DNA from: an uncultured Actinomycetes bacterium
GTDB taxonomy: Bacteria; Actinomycetota; Thermoleophilia; Solirubrobacterales; 70-9
DNA: 64,000 nt
Assembly (NCBI GenBank): GCA_963773445.1
Contig: CAVZAU010000005.1
Coordinates: 280,944 to 344,943 of the forward strand
Direction: 5' to 3'
In this document: positions 1 to 9,182 of the stretch, one piece after another
Layout: each line of letters starts with the position of its first letter
Position numbering within the stretch: the first letter of the stretch is position 1
The notes under the pieces: model-generated
What the model saw: the letters and a program-made list of their open reading frames with translations, nothing else
Database searches by the model: none
What the model was told of the DNA's origin: nothing
Position numbers and translations under genes: made by a program

Positions 1-750
1 GACGAAGATCGTGTCGAAGACGCGGAAGGCGTCGAGGGTGCGGAAGAGCAGCGCGACGAGGATCGCCGGCTTCATCAGCGGCAGCGTGATCCGGGTGAAG
101 CGCTGCCAGGCGGTGGCGCCGTCGACCCGCGCCGCCTCGTAGAGCTGGCTGTCGATCGTCACCAGCCCGGCGAGCAGCAGCAGCGCCATGAACGGGGTCG
201 TTTTCCAGACCTCGGCGAGGATGATCACGGCGAAGGAGCTGAAGCGGCCGCCGAACCAGTCCATTTCGTCGGAGATCAGCGGCAGGTTGTTGACGAACCC
301 GGTTTCCGGCGAGAAGGCGAACTGCCAGGCGAAGGCGGCGACGACGGTGATGATCCCGTAGGGGATCAGGACCGAGGTGCGGACAACGCCGCGGCCGAAG
401 ATCGCCCGGTACATGACCATCGCGATCGCCATCCCAAGCACCAGCTCGACCGCGACTGAGATCACCATGATGAAGACGGTGTTGAAGATGTCCGTCCACC
501 AGAGGTCGGAGGTGAGGACGGAGGTGTAGTTGCTGAGCCCGGTGAAGCCGCCCTCATCGGGGAAGCGGAGGTCGACGTCCTGCAGCGAGAGGACGATCGC
601 GTAGGCGATCGGGTAGGCGGTGACGAGCAGCATCGCCAGCACCGCCGGCGCGCAGAGCATCCAGGCCAGTTTGCGCTCGGAGCGGGTGCGCGAGGACGCC
701 TTCGGGGCGGCCTCCGGCGGCGCGGGGTTGGCGGGCGCGTTGACAGTCAT
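1..750 (-). CDS. Carbohydrate ABC transporter permease (MalF/UgpA type); 3' end runs off the window
   Basis: My minus-strand translation from ATG 750-748 (MTVNAPANP...) is multi-TM and ends ...QLYEAARVDGATAWQRFTRITLPLMKPAILVALLFRTLDAFRVFDTIFV (EAA-loop region). The start overlaps the stop of the upstream binding-protein gene (ATGA). Confidence 0.85.
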   Translation of the reverse strand, partial: MTVNAPANPAPPEAAPKASSRTRSERKLAWMLCAPAVLAMLLVTAYPIAYAIVLSLQDVDLRFPDEGGFTGLSNYTSVLTSDLWWTDIFNTVFIMVISVAVELVLGMAIAMVMYRAIFGRGVVRTSVLIPYGIITVVAAFAWQFAFSPETGFVNNLPLISDEMDWFGGRFSSFAVIILAEVWKTTPFMALLLLAGLVTIDSQLYEAARVDGATAWQRFTRITLPLMKPAILVALLFRTLDAFRVFDTIFV

Positions 751-2021
751 CAGAGCAGCCCTTCCCGCTTGACGGCGTCTTCGACCTTCGACTTCAGTTC
801 GTCGTAGACGGATTCGGTGTCTTCGGGGTCGATCTTGTCCGGCGGGTGCAGCGAGCGCTGGACCGCGAGGCTGACGTCCTGGTAGGCGGGGGTGGTCGGC
901 CGCGGACCCGAGGCTTCGATCGATTCCTTGACCAGCCCGGCGAAGCCCGGGTAGGCGGAGGTGACGGTTTTGTCGGTGTAGAGGTCAGAGCGCGAGGGCG
1001 GTAGGCCGTCGAGTTCGACCGCGGTTTTCTGGCTGTCCTTGTTCGCCAGGCAAGTTGCTGCTTCGAAGGCGACGTCCTTGTTGGCGGAGTAGGAGCTGAC
1101 CGCGAGGTTGAAGCCGCCGAGCGGCGGTTTGCTCGGGGTGTTGGCGTCGACCCGCGGGAAGCGCGCGTAGCCCATGTTCTTGAATACGTCCGGCGCTTCT
1201 TCTTTGGCGCTCGCGTAGGCGAAGGTGTAGTTGGTCATGAAGGCCGATTCCCCCGCCTCGAAGCCGAGCCGGGCGGTGTCCTCGTCAGAGGTCGAGAGGC
1301 TCGGCGGCGCGGCGCTCCCGTTGGCGAGCTTGCCGATCACTTCCAGTGCCTTTTCGGTCGGCCCCTGTTCGAGGTCGACTTCTTCGGGGCCGGAGAGGAT
1401 TTCGGTGCCGGCGCTCTCGATCAGCGCGTTGACGAGGACCATGTAGCCCTCGTAGCGGTTCGCCTGGACCTGGATCGAGCTCGCTTCTTTCAGCCCTTCG
1501 GCCTCTTCGATCATCTGGTCCCAGGTTTTCGGCGGCTGTTTGACCAGGTCTTTGCGGTACCAGAGCAGCTGGGTGTTGGTGTTGAACGGCGCCGCGTAGA
1601 GCTTGTTCTCGAAGGAGGCGGTTTCGATCACGTTGGGGAAGACCTTTTCGGTGACCGCCTCCTTGTCGGCCCCGGTCCACTCTTCGACCCATCCGGCGTT
1701 GGCGAACTCGCCGGTCCAGATCACGTCCATGCCGACGATGTCGATCGAGGAGTCCTCGGCGCCTAGCCGGCGGACCAGCTGTTCGCGCTGCTGGCTGGCG
1801 TCGGTGGGGAGGAATTCCGGCGTGATCGTGTACTTGCCGTTCGATTCTTCCGAGCACCGTTTCGAGACTTCCTCGATCGTCCCGCCCGGCTGGATCGCGA
1901 CGAAGAAGGTCAGCTCCCGCGGCCCCGACCCGTTCGAGCTGCCGCCACAGGCGGCGAGGGCGGCCGCAGCGAGGGCGGCGAGGGCAAGACAGGCGGCTCG
2001 CAAAGCCCAAATGGATTTCAC
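750..2021 (-). CDS. ABC transporter extracellular solute-binding lipoprotein (sugar family 1)
   Basis: 423-aa ORF with signal peptide and lipobox (LAACGG). Typical sugar-binding protein length and composition, directly upstream of the permease. Confidence 0.9.
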   Translation of the reverse strand: MKSIWALRAACLALAALAAAALAACGGSSNGSGPRELTFFVAIQPGGTIEEVSKRCSEESNGKYTITPEFLPTDASQQREQLVRRLGAEDSSIDIVGMDVIWTGEFANAGWVEEWTGADKEAVTEKVFPNVIETASFENKLYAAPFNTNTQLLWYRKDLVKQPPKTWDQMIEEAEGLKEASSIQVQANRYEGYMVLVNALIESAGTEILSGPEEVDLEQGPTEKALEVIGKLANGSAAPPSLSTSDEDTARLGFEAGESAFMTNYTFAYASAKEEAPDVFKNMGYARFPRVDANTPSKPPLGGFNLAVSSYSANKDVAFEAATCLANKDSQKTAVELDGLPPSRSDLYTDKTVTSAYPGFAGLVKESIEASGPRPTTPAYQDVSLAVQRSLHPPDKIDPEDTESVYDELKSKVEDAVKREGLL

Positions 2022-2100
2022 GGTCTCTCCTCCATCCCCGCACCCCTTCCCAGGGGTGCATTGATGAAGCTGCCCGCGAGGGCCTTTGTCTAAACGCCGC

Positions 2101-2147
2101 TTCGTCTGTTCCTTTTCGTTGCTAGAGACCGAAAAGGAACAGACGAA
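2101..2147. terminator. Perfect 18-bp stem hairpin 3 nt downstream of the TetR stop
   Basis: TTCGTCTGTTCCTTTTCG (2101-2118) pairs with CGAAAAGGAACAGACGAA (2130-2147) across an 11-nt loop. Its terminator role is inferred from position only. Confidence 0.5.
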
Positions 2148-2150
2148 CTG

Positions 2151-2771
2151 CTAACCGTTGGCGAGCAGCGCGGTCAGGGCCCGATGCAGGCCGGCGACGG
2201 CCGAGTCGAGCGGTGCCTGGTCGCCGGCGGCGCGGGCGCGGATCAGGGCGCCCTCGATCGTCGTGACCACGAGCCCGGCGAAATCGTCCGCGTCCTTCTT
2301 CGTCACGCCTTCGCTGCGCAGGGCGGCGGCGATCGGGGCTTCCCAGCTTCCAAAGGCTGCGGTCGCCGCGGCGGCGAGCGCCGGGTCCTCGGGTCGGGCG
2401 AGCGCCGCGGCGGCGACGGGGCAGCCGAGCCGCTCCGGCTTGTCCTTGACGCGGCGGCGGAACATCTCGCCGAAGGTGCTCAGCGTCTCGGCGAGGCCGA
2501 GCTCGGCCAGCGAGCTTTCGATCGCGGCGCGGATCTCCCGCCCCTCGAGTTCCGCCGCCTCGACGGCGAGCTGCTTCTTGCCGCCGGGGAAGTGGTGGTA
2601 GATCGAGCCACGCGGGGCCTTGCCGCGGTCGGCGACGTCGCGCAGCTCCATCCCGGCGTACCCCTTCTCGGCCAGCAGCTTGCGGGCGCCGTTCAGCAGC
2701 CGTTCGCGGCCGTCGCGGCGCGTCGGCTCGGCCGCTCTCGCATCGGCGATTCGCGTTATGCCCATGGTCAT
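2151..2771 (-). CDS. TetR family transcriptional regulator
   Basis: N-terminal HTH RERLLNGARKLLAEKGYAGMELRDVADRGKAPRGSIYHHFPGGKKQL. The 538-aa track ORF was trimmed to the in-frame ATG at 2771. Divergent from the MFS gene. Confidence 0.9.
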   Translation of the reverse strand: MTMGITRIADARAAEPTRRDGRERLLNGARKLLAEKGYAGMELRDVADRGKAPRGSIYHHFPGGKKQLAVEAAELEGREIRAAIESSLAELGLAETLSTFGEMFRRRVKDKPERLGCPVAAAALARPEDPALAAAATAAFGSWEAPIAAALRSEGVTKKDADDFAGLVVTTIEGALIRARAAGDQAPLDSAVAGLHRALTALLANG

Positions 2772-2789
2772 AGTATAGTCGCGGCCACA

Positions 2790-4199
2790 ATGTATGACCG
2801 TGGTCATAAAGTTGGCGTGCTGATCGCCTGCACCGGCGCCTTTCTCGCCTTCCTCGACACGACGATCGTCAACATCGCCTTCCCGGACATCGCATCCTCG
2901 TTCCCGGAGGCAAGCCGGGGATTGCTCTCCTGGGTGCTTGACGGCTACTTCGTCGTCATCGCCGCGCTGCTTGTCCCGGCCGGCGGCCTGGCCGACCGCT
3001 TCGGCCACAAGCGCGTCTTCCTCTGGAGCCTCGGCGGGTTCACCGCCGCCAGCCTGCTCTGCGCCCTCGCGCCCTCGCTGGAGATGCTGATCGCCTTCCG
3101 AATCATCCAGGGGATCGGCGCGGCGGCGATCGCCCCGACCTCGTTGGCGATCGTCCTCGACAGCTTCCCGCCCGAGAAGCGCGCCACCGGCGTCGGCATC
3201 TGGGGTGCCGGTGCGGCGGCGGCGGCCGCGGTCGGCCCGACCCTCGGCGGGGCGCTGGTCGAGCTCTCCGACTGGCGTCTCGTCTTCCTCGTCAACCTGC
3301 CGCTCGGCGCCGCCGCCCTGCTCGCCGGCAGGCGCCTGTTGCCGGAGCGGCCCGTCTCCGACAGCCGCCTGCCCGATCTTCCCGGGGCGCTGGCGCTGGC
3401 CCTCGGCCTGGCCGCAATCACCCTCGGGATCGTCGAGGGCAACGACTGGGGCTGGGCCTCGGCCGGCGTGCTCGGCTGCTTCGCTGCCGGCACCTTCCTG
3501 CTGGCTGCCGTCGTCATCCGCAGCCTGCGCCACCCGCGCCCGATCGTCGAACCGGACCTCTTCGCCCACCGTTCCTTCGCGATCGGCAACCTCGGCACCC
3601 TGCTCTTCGCCACCGCCTTCTTCTCGCTGATCCTCGGCAACGTCCTCTTCCTCACCTCGATCTGGGGCTACACGGTGCTGCAGGCTGGGGCGGCGACCCT
3701 CCCCGGGCCGGCGCTGACGACCGTCGTCTCCGGCCCCGCCGGCCGCCTCGCCGACCGCTTCGGCCACCGCGCCGTGGTCGTTCCCGGCGCCCTCGTCTTC
3801 GCCGCTGGGGTGATGGTCCTGCGCTCGGCCGGGTCGGAGCCCGACTGGCTCGGACTCTGGCTTCCCGGGGCGGTGCTGACCGGCATCGGCATCGGTCTCG
3901 CTTTCCCGACCCTCAGCTCCGCTGCCGTCCGCGATGTCGCCGACGACCGCTTCGCCACCGCCAGCGCCGTCAATGCCGCCTTCCGCCAGGTCGGCGCCGT
4001 CCTCGGCACCGCGATCCTCGTCGCCATCGTCGGCGAACCGGCCAACCTCGCGGAGGCCCTGCGGGTAAGCGACGCCGCCTACCTCTTCGCGGTGATCGCC
4101 GCGATCGCCTCAGGCGCGGTCGCCTTCGGCCTCCGCGGACGGCCGGCGCGAGCCCCACTCGAGATCGGTGAGGCCGTGCCCGCCGGCTACGGCGAATAG
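2790..4199 (+). CDS. MFS transporter, DHA2 (EmrB/QacA-like, 14 TMS) drug efflux type
   Basis: LDTTIVNIAFPDI and GGLADRFGHKRVF motifs with many TM segments. ATG 2790 is in frame within track ORF 2184..4199; the start is uncertain by a few codons. Confidence 0.9.
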   Translation: MYDRGHKVGVLIACTGAFLAFLDTTIVNIAFPDIASSFPEASRGLLSWVLDGYFVVIAALLVPAGGLADRFGHKRVFLWSLGGFTAASLLCALAPSLEMLIAFRIIQGIGAAAIAPTSLAIVLDSFPPEKRATGVGIWGAGAAAAAAVGPTLGGALVELSDWRLVFLVNLPLGAAALLAGRRLLPERPVSDSRLPDLPGALALALGLAAITLGIVEGNDWGWASAGVLGCFAAGTFLLAAVVIRSLRHPRPIVEPDLFAHRSFAIGNLGTLLFATAFFSLILGNVLFLTSIWGYTVLQAGAATLPGPALTTVVSGPAGRLADRFGHRAVVVPGALVFAAGVMVLRSAGSEPDWLGLWLPGAVLTGIGIGLAFPTLSSAAVRDVADDRFATASAVNAAFRQVGAVLGTAILVAIVGEPANLAEALRVSDAAYLFAVIAAIASGAVAFGLRGRPARAPLEIGEAVPAGYGE

Positions 4200-4200
4200 G

Positions 4201-5199
4201 TCAGCGTTTCGCCTGACCCTTCAGCTTCACTTTCAGCGTCTTCTCGGTCACCGCACCGGCGACGCTGGTGCCGGTGACCGTGGCCTTCAGCGTCAACCTT
4301 TGTTTCGGGCTGAGCCGCGCCAGCTTCGCCTTTACCCTTTTGCTGAATTTGAGCGTGAACTTGCCGAGGGTTCCGGCGGTGAGGTTCTTGGTCCCGCCGC
4401 TGAGTTTCGCTTTCTTGCCTTTGCCGAGCTTGACGACGCCGCTTACCGTGACCGGTGCCGCCGTGTCGGTGGCGACGACGATCAGGACCGACCCTTTCCT
4501 CACCTGCTTGCTGGTCGAGAGCGTGACCGGCGGGCAAGCGCTTTGGAGAGCCGCGCTCTGCGGGCAGGCGTCCTGGGTCTCGTCGCCGAAACCGTCGTTA
4601 TCGACATCGGGCTCGAGGACGGCTACGGCGGGGACGCGCGCCCCGGCGCCTTCTTCATAGGCCGCCGTGCCACCGACCGCAACGCTCCCGGGGAAGCCGC
4701 CGTACAGGTCGCTCGGTCCCGCGATCCCTTCCCCGCAGAAGAGGGTGCCGATTTCGCTTTCGCTCCCTTCGAAGGTGATGGTCCCGCTGCCGAACAGAGC
4801 CAGCCGGTCGCCGGCCTGGACCGGGATCCGGGTTGCCACGGTGTTGAGGCCCGAGCCGACGATGCCGCTCGATTCGCCGATCGCCCGTGCGGTTTTGGCC
4901 GCGGTGTCCAGGCGCATCACCTTCAGGGTCTGCGGGATGATCGTGGGGATCGGTTTGGAAGGCGGAGGCGGAGTGACCAGGCTGAGCTTCCAGGCGGTGA
5001 TCACGCCTGCCGATGGGGCTGCCAGGGGCATAGCCGAGGACGGGGAGTTGAGGCCGAAGAGCGTTATCTGCGTTTTGCCCGTCGTGTTGTTCGCAGTGCA
5101 TGAGTCGCCGAATTCAGAAGCGGCCATGGCACCAGCGGGGGCAAGCATCGCGACAGCCAAGCAAGCGCCGAGGGCGCTGGAAATCAACCTGCACTTCAT
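4201..5199 (-). CDS. Secreted hypothetical protein with Asp-rich Ca-binding-like motif
   Basis: Signal peptide MKCRLISSALGACLAVAMLAPAGAMA, a DVDNDGFGDETQDACP segment (thrombospondin-type-3-like) and a Lys-rich C-terminal domain. No function assignable. Confidence 0.7.
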   Translation of the reverse strand: MKCRLISSALGACLAVAMLAPAGAMAASEFGDSCTANNTTGKTQITLFGLNSPSSAMPLAAPSAGVITAWKLSLVTPPPPSKPIPTIIPQTLKVMRLDTAAKTARAIGESSGIVGSGLNTVATRIPVQAGDRLALFGSGTITFEGSESEIGTLFCGEGIAGPSDLYGGFPGSVAVGGTAAYEEGAGARVPAVAVLEPDVDNDGFGDETQDACPQSAALQSACPPVTLSTSKQVRKGSVLIVVATDTAAPVTVSGVVKLGKGKKAKLSGGTKNLTAGTLGKFTLKFSKRVKAKLARLSPKQRLTLKATVTGTSVAGAVTEKTLKVKLKGQAKR

Positions 5200-5278
5200 C
5201 TGTGTCCCTTTCGATCGAGCGGTTCAGCCAGCATAGCCGTGATCGACCTATTTGGTTCGGAAAACCTACCTTTGTGGC

Positions 5279-7450
5279 TCAGGCTGGATCGAGAGAGCGC
5301 CAGGCGCTCTTCGCCTCGGTCAAGCTGACCGAGAGGCTGCGGTCGCCGGCTCCGATCGCGATCTCCTCGCCGCCGACCGTGCCGATCAGGACGGCGCCCA
5401 GCTCTTCGAGATCCGGTCGGTCGCCGCTGACGAGGAAGCCGCCTGGACCCTCGCCGAAGAGGGCTTCCTCGGGTTGGGCGCCGCGCTCGCGCAGGTGTTC
5501 GACGTTGGCGTCGCACCCGATGCCGCCGGCGATCGCGGACTCGGCGAGGGCGCAGGCGAGGCCGCCGTCGGAGACGTCGTGGACGGAGGAGAGCCTGCCG
5601 GCGCGGACCGCGTCCCGGACGACGTCGCAGGCGGCGGCGACGGCGGCGACGTTGGGGCGGGGGAGGCCCATCTTCAGCTCGCCCCGCTGCTTGGCCAGCT
5701 CCGAGCCGGCGAGGCTCGGTTCGAAGGGGCCGACGAGGCCGATCGCGTCGCCTTCCTTGACGAAGGCGCTGCCGGCGACCTGGGCGGCGTCGGGCAGCTC
5801 GCCGACCATCGCCACGACCGGGGTCGGGTAGATCGGGCCGTCGGGCCCCTCGTTGTAGAGGGAGACGTTGCCGCCGACGACGGGGACGCCGAGGGCGTTG
5901 CAGGCGTCGGCGAGGCCGCTGACGGCGTGGTCGAGCTGCCAGGCGCCGGCCGGCTTCTCGGGGTTGCCGAAGTTGAGGCAGTTGGTGAGGCCGAGCGGCT
6001 CGGCGCCGACGCAGGCGAGGTTCTGCGCGCACTCGAGGACCGCCTCGATCGTCCCCTCGTAGGGGTCGCAGGCGACGCGGCGGCCGTTGCCGTCGATCGA
6101 GACGGCGATCGCGTTGCCGGCCTCGGGCAGCTGCAGGACGGCGGCGTCGGCCTGCTCGGGCCGGCGCACCGTGCGCGAGCCGACGATCGAGTCGTACTGC
6201 TCGAAGGCCCACCGCTTGGAGGCGATGTTGGGGGAGGAGAGCAGGGACAGCAGCTCCTGCTCGGGCGCGGCGCCCGGCGCCAGCGTCTCGCGGTTGCCGT
6301 AGATCCAGCCGTCCGGCTCGGCCGGATCGAGGTCGTAGAGGGGGCAGCCGTCGACCAGCGCCTCGACCGGCATCTCGCCGACGACGTCGCGCTCGCGGAG
6401 GATCCGGATCTGGCCACCCTCGGTGACGGTGCCGATCTCAGCCGAGCCGGTCTGCCATTTCTCGCAGATCGCCCGCACCTCCTCGACCCGGCTCGGCTCG
6501 ACCACCGCCAGCATCCGCTCCTGGCTCTCGGAGACCATGATCTCGAAGGGCTCCATGTCGGACTCCCGCAGCGGCACCCGGGCGACGTCGATGTCGATCC
6601 CGACCCCGCCGGCGCTCGCCATCTCCCCGGCCGAGGAGGTCAAGCCCGCGGCGCCGAGATCCTGCAGCGAGACGAGCAGCCCCTTCGCCAGCAGCTCCAG
6701 GCAGCACTCCAGCAGCTTCGACTCCTCGAAAGGGTCGCCGATCTGCACCGTCGGTCGCTTCGCCTCGTCGCCCTCGCCGAGCTCGGCCGAGGCGAGGACC
6801 GAGGCGCCGCCTATCCCGTCGCGCCCGGTCGAGGCGCCCATCAGGACGATCGAGTTGCCGACGCCGGCCGCCGCCGCCCGCACCATGTCCGCGGTCTTGG
6901 CGAAGCCGATGCACATCGCGTTGACCAGGCAGTTGTGCTCGTAGGGCTCCTCGAAGTAGATCTCGCCGCCGACCGTCGCCACCCCGATCGAGTTGCCATA
7001 GTGGCCGATGCCCCGCACAGCGCCGTCGAGCAGGTGGCGCGAGCGGACCGAGTCGAGCTCGCCGAAGCGGAGGCTGTCGAGGAGCGCGATCGGCCGCGCC
7101 CCGATCGCGAAGACGTCGCGCATGATGCCGCCGACTCCCGTCGCCGCGCCCTGGAACGGTTCCACCGCGCTGGGGTGGTTGTGGCTCTCGACCTTGAAGG
7201 CGACCGCGTACCCCTTGCCGACGTCGACGGCGCCGGCGTTCTCGCCGGGCCCCATCACCACCCGCTCGCCCTCGGTCGGCAGCCGCCGCAAGAGCTTGCG
7301 CGAGTGCTTGTAGGCGCAGTGCTCGGACCAGAGCAGGCTGAACATCGCCAGCTCGACGTCGTTCGGCTCCCGCCCCAGCTTCTCGACGATCAGCTCGTAC
7401 TCGGAGTCGGTGAGCCCGAGCTCGCGGTATTTCGGCGTCTCAACCGTCAT
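5279..7450 (-). CDS. purL: Phosphoribosylformylglycinamidine synthase subunit PurL (FGAM synthase II)
   Basis: 723 aa with two AIR-synthase-like halves (GVGGIMRDV, DVSDGGL). Sits in purS-purQ-purL order with 4-nt overlaps. Confidence 0.97.
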   Translation of the reverse strand: MTVETPKYRELGLTDSEYELIVEKLGREPNDVELAMFSLLWSEHCAYKHSRKLLRRLPTEGERVVMGPGENAGAVDVGKGYAVAFKVESHNHPSAVEPFQGAATGVGGIMRDVFAIGARPIALLDSLRFGELDSVRSRHLLDGAVRGIGHYGNSIGVATVGGEIYFEEPYEHNCLVNAMCIGFAKTADMVRAAAAGVGNSIVLMGASTGRDGIGGASVLASAELGEGDEAKRPTVQIGDPFEESKLLECCLELLAKGLLVSLQDLGAAGLTSSAGEMASAGGVGIDIDVARVPLRESDMEPFEIMVSESQERMLAVVEPSRVEEVRAICEKWQTGSAEIGTVTEGGQIRILRERDVVGEMPVEALVDGCPLYDLDPAEPDGWIYGNRETLAPGAAPEQELLSLLSSPNIASKRWAFEQYDSIVGSRTVRRPEQADAAVLQLPEAGNAIAVSIDGNGRRVACDPYEGTIEAVLECAQNLACVGAEPLGLTNCLNFGNPEKPAGAWQLDHAVSGLADACNALGVPVVGGNVSLYNEGPDGPIYPTPVVAMVGELPDAAQVAGSAFVKEGDAIGLVGPFEPSLAGSELAKQRGELKMGLPRPNVAAVAAACDVVRDAVRAGRLSSVHDVSDGGLACALAESAIAGGIGCDANVEHLRERGAQPEEALFGEGPGGFLVSGDRPDLEELGAVLIGTVGGEEIAIGAGDRSLSVSLTEAKSAWRSLDPA

Positions 7451-8112
7451 CGAGGCGGGTTTCCGTCCCCCTGGGACGCAAAAACGCCCCGGCTCAGCCG
7501 ATCGAAGACGCGCAGCCCGTCCGTGCTTCCCGTCAGCGGATCCACCGCGTGCTCGGGATGCGGCATCAGGCCGAGGACGTTCCCCCGCTCGTTGCTGACG
7601 CCGGCGATGTCGCGGGCGGAGCCGTTGGAGTTGTGGCCGTCGGCGTAGCGGTAGGCGACCTGGCCGTTCGCCTCGAGCCGGTCGAGCATCTCCTCCGGCG
7701 CGTAGTAGCGGCCTTCGCCGTGCTTGGCCGGGATCGAGAGCCTGGAATCGCCCCCCTCTTCGATCAGCTCGACCTGGTGGCAGCGGAAGCGCAGCTCGAC
7801 GTTGCGCAGCAGCGCCCCCGGCAGCAGCCCCGCCTCGCAGAGGACCTGGAAGCCGTTGCAGATGCCCAGCACCGCCATCCCGCCCGTGGCGGCCTCGGCC
7901 ACCGCCTCCATCGCCGGGCTGAAGCGGGCGATCGCCCCGGCCCGCAGGTAGTCGCCATAGGAGAAGCCGCCGGGGACGACGACGCCGTCGACGCCGTCGA
8001 GGTCGCGGCTCTCGTGCCAGATCAGCCGGGCGCCGTCGCCGTGCACCTCGCAGGCGTGCAGCGCGTCCCGCTCGTCACACGAACCAGGGAACTGGAGGAC
8101 CCCCCAGATCAC
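7447..8112 (-). CDS. purQ: Phosphoribosylformylglycinamidine synthase glutaminase subunit PurQ
   Basis: 221-aa class I amidotransferase with GICNGFQ nucleophile elbow and MPHPE. Confidence 0.97.
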   Translation of the reverse strand: MIWGVLQFPGSCDERDALHACEVHGDGARLIWHESRDLDGVDGVVVPGGFSYGDYLRAGAIARFSPAMEAVAEAATGGMAVLGICNGFQVLCEAGLLPGALLRNVELRFRCHQVELIEEGGDSRLSIPAKHGEGRYYAPEEMLDRLEANGQVAYRYADGHNSNGSARDIAGVSNERGNVLGLMPHPEHAVDPLTGSTDGLRVFDRLSRGVFASQGDGNPPR

Positions 8113-8330
8113 AGGGTCTGGATCTCGTAGTCCTCGATCAGGGTGTTGGCGAGGAGCTTCTCGCAGAGCTCGCCGAGCCGCTCCGGGTCCTCGGCCTCGA
8201 GCTCGACCATCCGCCCAACGTGGACGTGCTCGATTCCCTCGAAGCCGAGCGCCGGCAGCGCCCGCTCCACCGCCTTGCCCTGAGGGTCGAGGATTCCCTC
8301 CTTGGGGCGGATCAGCACCCGTGCCTTCAG
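8109..8330 (-). CDS. purS: Phosphoribosylformylglycinamidine synthase subunit PurS
   Basis: C-terminal 73 aa of track ORF 8109..9116 read LKARVLIRPKEGILDPQGKAVERAL...EDYEIQTL (PurS fold). Start is either CTG 8330-8328, overlapping the purC stop as CTGA, or GTG 8318. Confidence 0.85.
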   Translation of the reverse strand: MKARVLIRPKEGILDPQGKAVERALPALGFEGIEHVHVGRMVELEAEDPERLGELCEKLLANTLIEDYEIQTL

Positions 8331-9157
8331 AACGTCTCTCCGGTGATCCGCTCGTAGGCCTCGATGTATTTGGCCCGCGTCTGCTCGACCACGTCGGCCG
8401 GCAGCTCCGGCGCCGGCGGCTTCTTGTCCCAGCCGGTCTCCGAAGCCCAGTCGCGGACGAACTGCTTGTCGAAGGAGGGGGGCGTGGCGCCCGGCTGGTA
8501 GCTGGCGGCGGGCCAGAAGCGCGAGGAGTCCGGGGTCAGGACCTCGTCGCCGAGGACGACCTCGGCGCCGGCGTGGCGGCCGAACTCGAACTTGGTGTCG
8601 GCGAGGATGATCCCCCGCTGGACCGCGTGCTGGGAGCCGCGCTTGTAGACCTCGATCGAGACCCGGCGCAGCTCTTCCAGCAGCGCCCGATCGCCGACGA
8701 TTTCGGCGGCGCGGTCGAAGTCGACGTTCTCGTCGTGGTCGCCGATCTCGGCCTTGGTCGAGGGGGTGAAGATCGGCTCCGGCAACTGGTCGGACTCGAC
8801 CAGGCCGGAGGGCAGCTCGATCCCGCAGACCGCTCCCTCTTCCTTGTATTCCTTCCAGCCCGAGCCGGAGAGGTAGCCGCGGACCACGCACTCGACCGGG
8901 TACATCTCCAGCTTCCGCACCCGCATCCCTCGTTCGGCGACCTCCTCGGGCACGTCCTCGGAGATGAAGTGGTTGGGGACGATGTCCTCGGTCAGCCCGA
9001 ACCAGAAGACCGACATCCGGTTCAGCACCTTGCCCTTGTCGGGGATCGGCGTCGGCATCACCACGTCGTAGGTGGAGATGCGGTCGGAGGCGACCATCAG
9101 CAGGTCGTCCTCCCACTCGTAGATCTCGCGGACCTTCCCCGAGGAGAGGAGGTTCAT
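8327..9157 (-). CDS. purC: Phosphoribosylaminoimidazole-succinocarboxamide synthase (SAICAR synthetase)
   Basis: GKVREIY, ASDRISTYD and ADTKFEFG motifs. Start chosen at ATG 9157 (MNLLSSGKV...); the track ORF extends further upstream. Confidence 0.93.
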   Translation of the reverse strand: MNLLSSGKVREIYEWEDDLLMVASDRISTYDVVMPTPIPDKGKVLNRMSVFWFGLTEDIVPNHFISEDVPEEVAERGMRVRKLEMYPVECVVRGYLSGSGWKEYKEEGAVCGIELPSGLVESDQLPEPIFTPSTKAEIGDHDENVDFDRAAEIVGDRALLEELRRVSIEVYKRGSQHAVQRGIILADTKFEFGRHAGAEVVLGDEVLTPDSSRFWPAASYQPGATPPSFDKQFVRDWASETGWDKKPPAPELPADVVEQTRAKYIEAYERITGETF

Positions 9158-9182
9158 CTCGGCGACGCTCGGCACGAAGCCG

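Noticed and set aside
2151-3767. 538-aa minus-strand ORF spanning the TetR gene and running antisense through the MFS gene.
   Set aside because: Only the C-terminal 206 aa (from ATG 2771) look like a TetR regulator. The upstream part is low-complexity shadow sequence opposite a clear MFS transporter.
5252-7648. 798-aa plus-strand ORF antisense to purL. Similar long antisense or shadow ORFs include 18391..21150, 21965..24250, 23256..25253, 37908..39512, 40722..42350, 57193..58095 and 61115..62728.
   Set aside because: Their translations are Arg/Gly/Ala/Asp/Pro-rich with no motifs, as expected for stop-poor alternative frames in ~70% G+C DNA. The opposite strand encodes unmistakable conserved proteins.
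8331-9116. N-terminal 260-aa extension of track ORF 8109..9116 upstream of PurS.
   Set aside because: It overlaps purC out of frame and is Arg/Gly/Pro-rich. Only the last ~73 codons resemble PurS.
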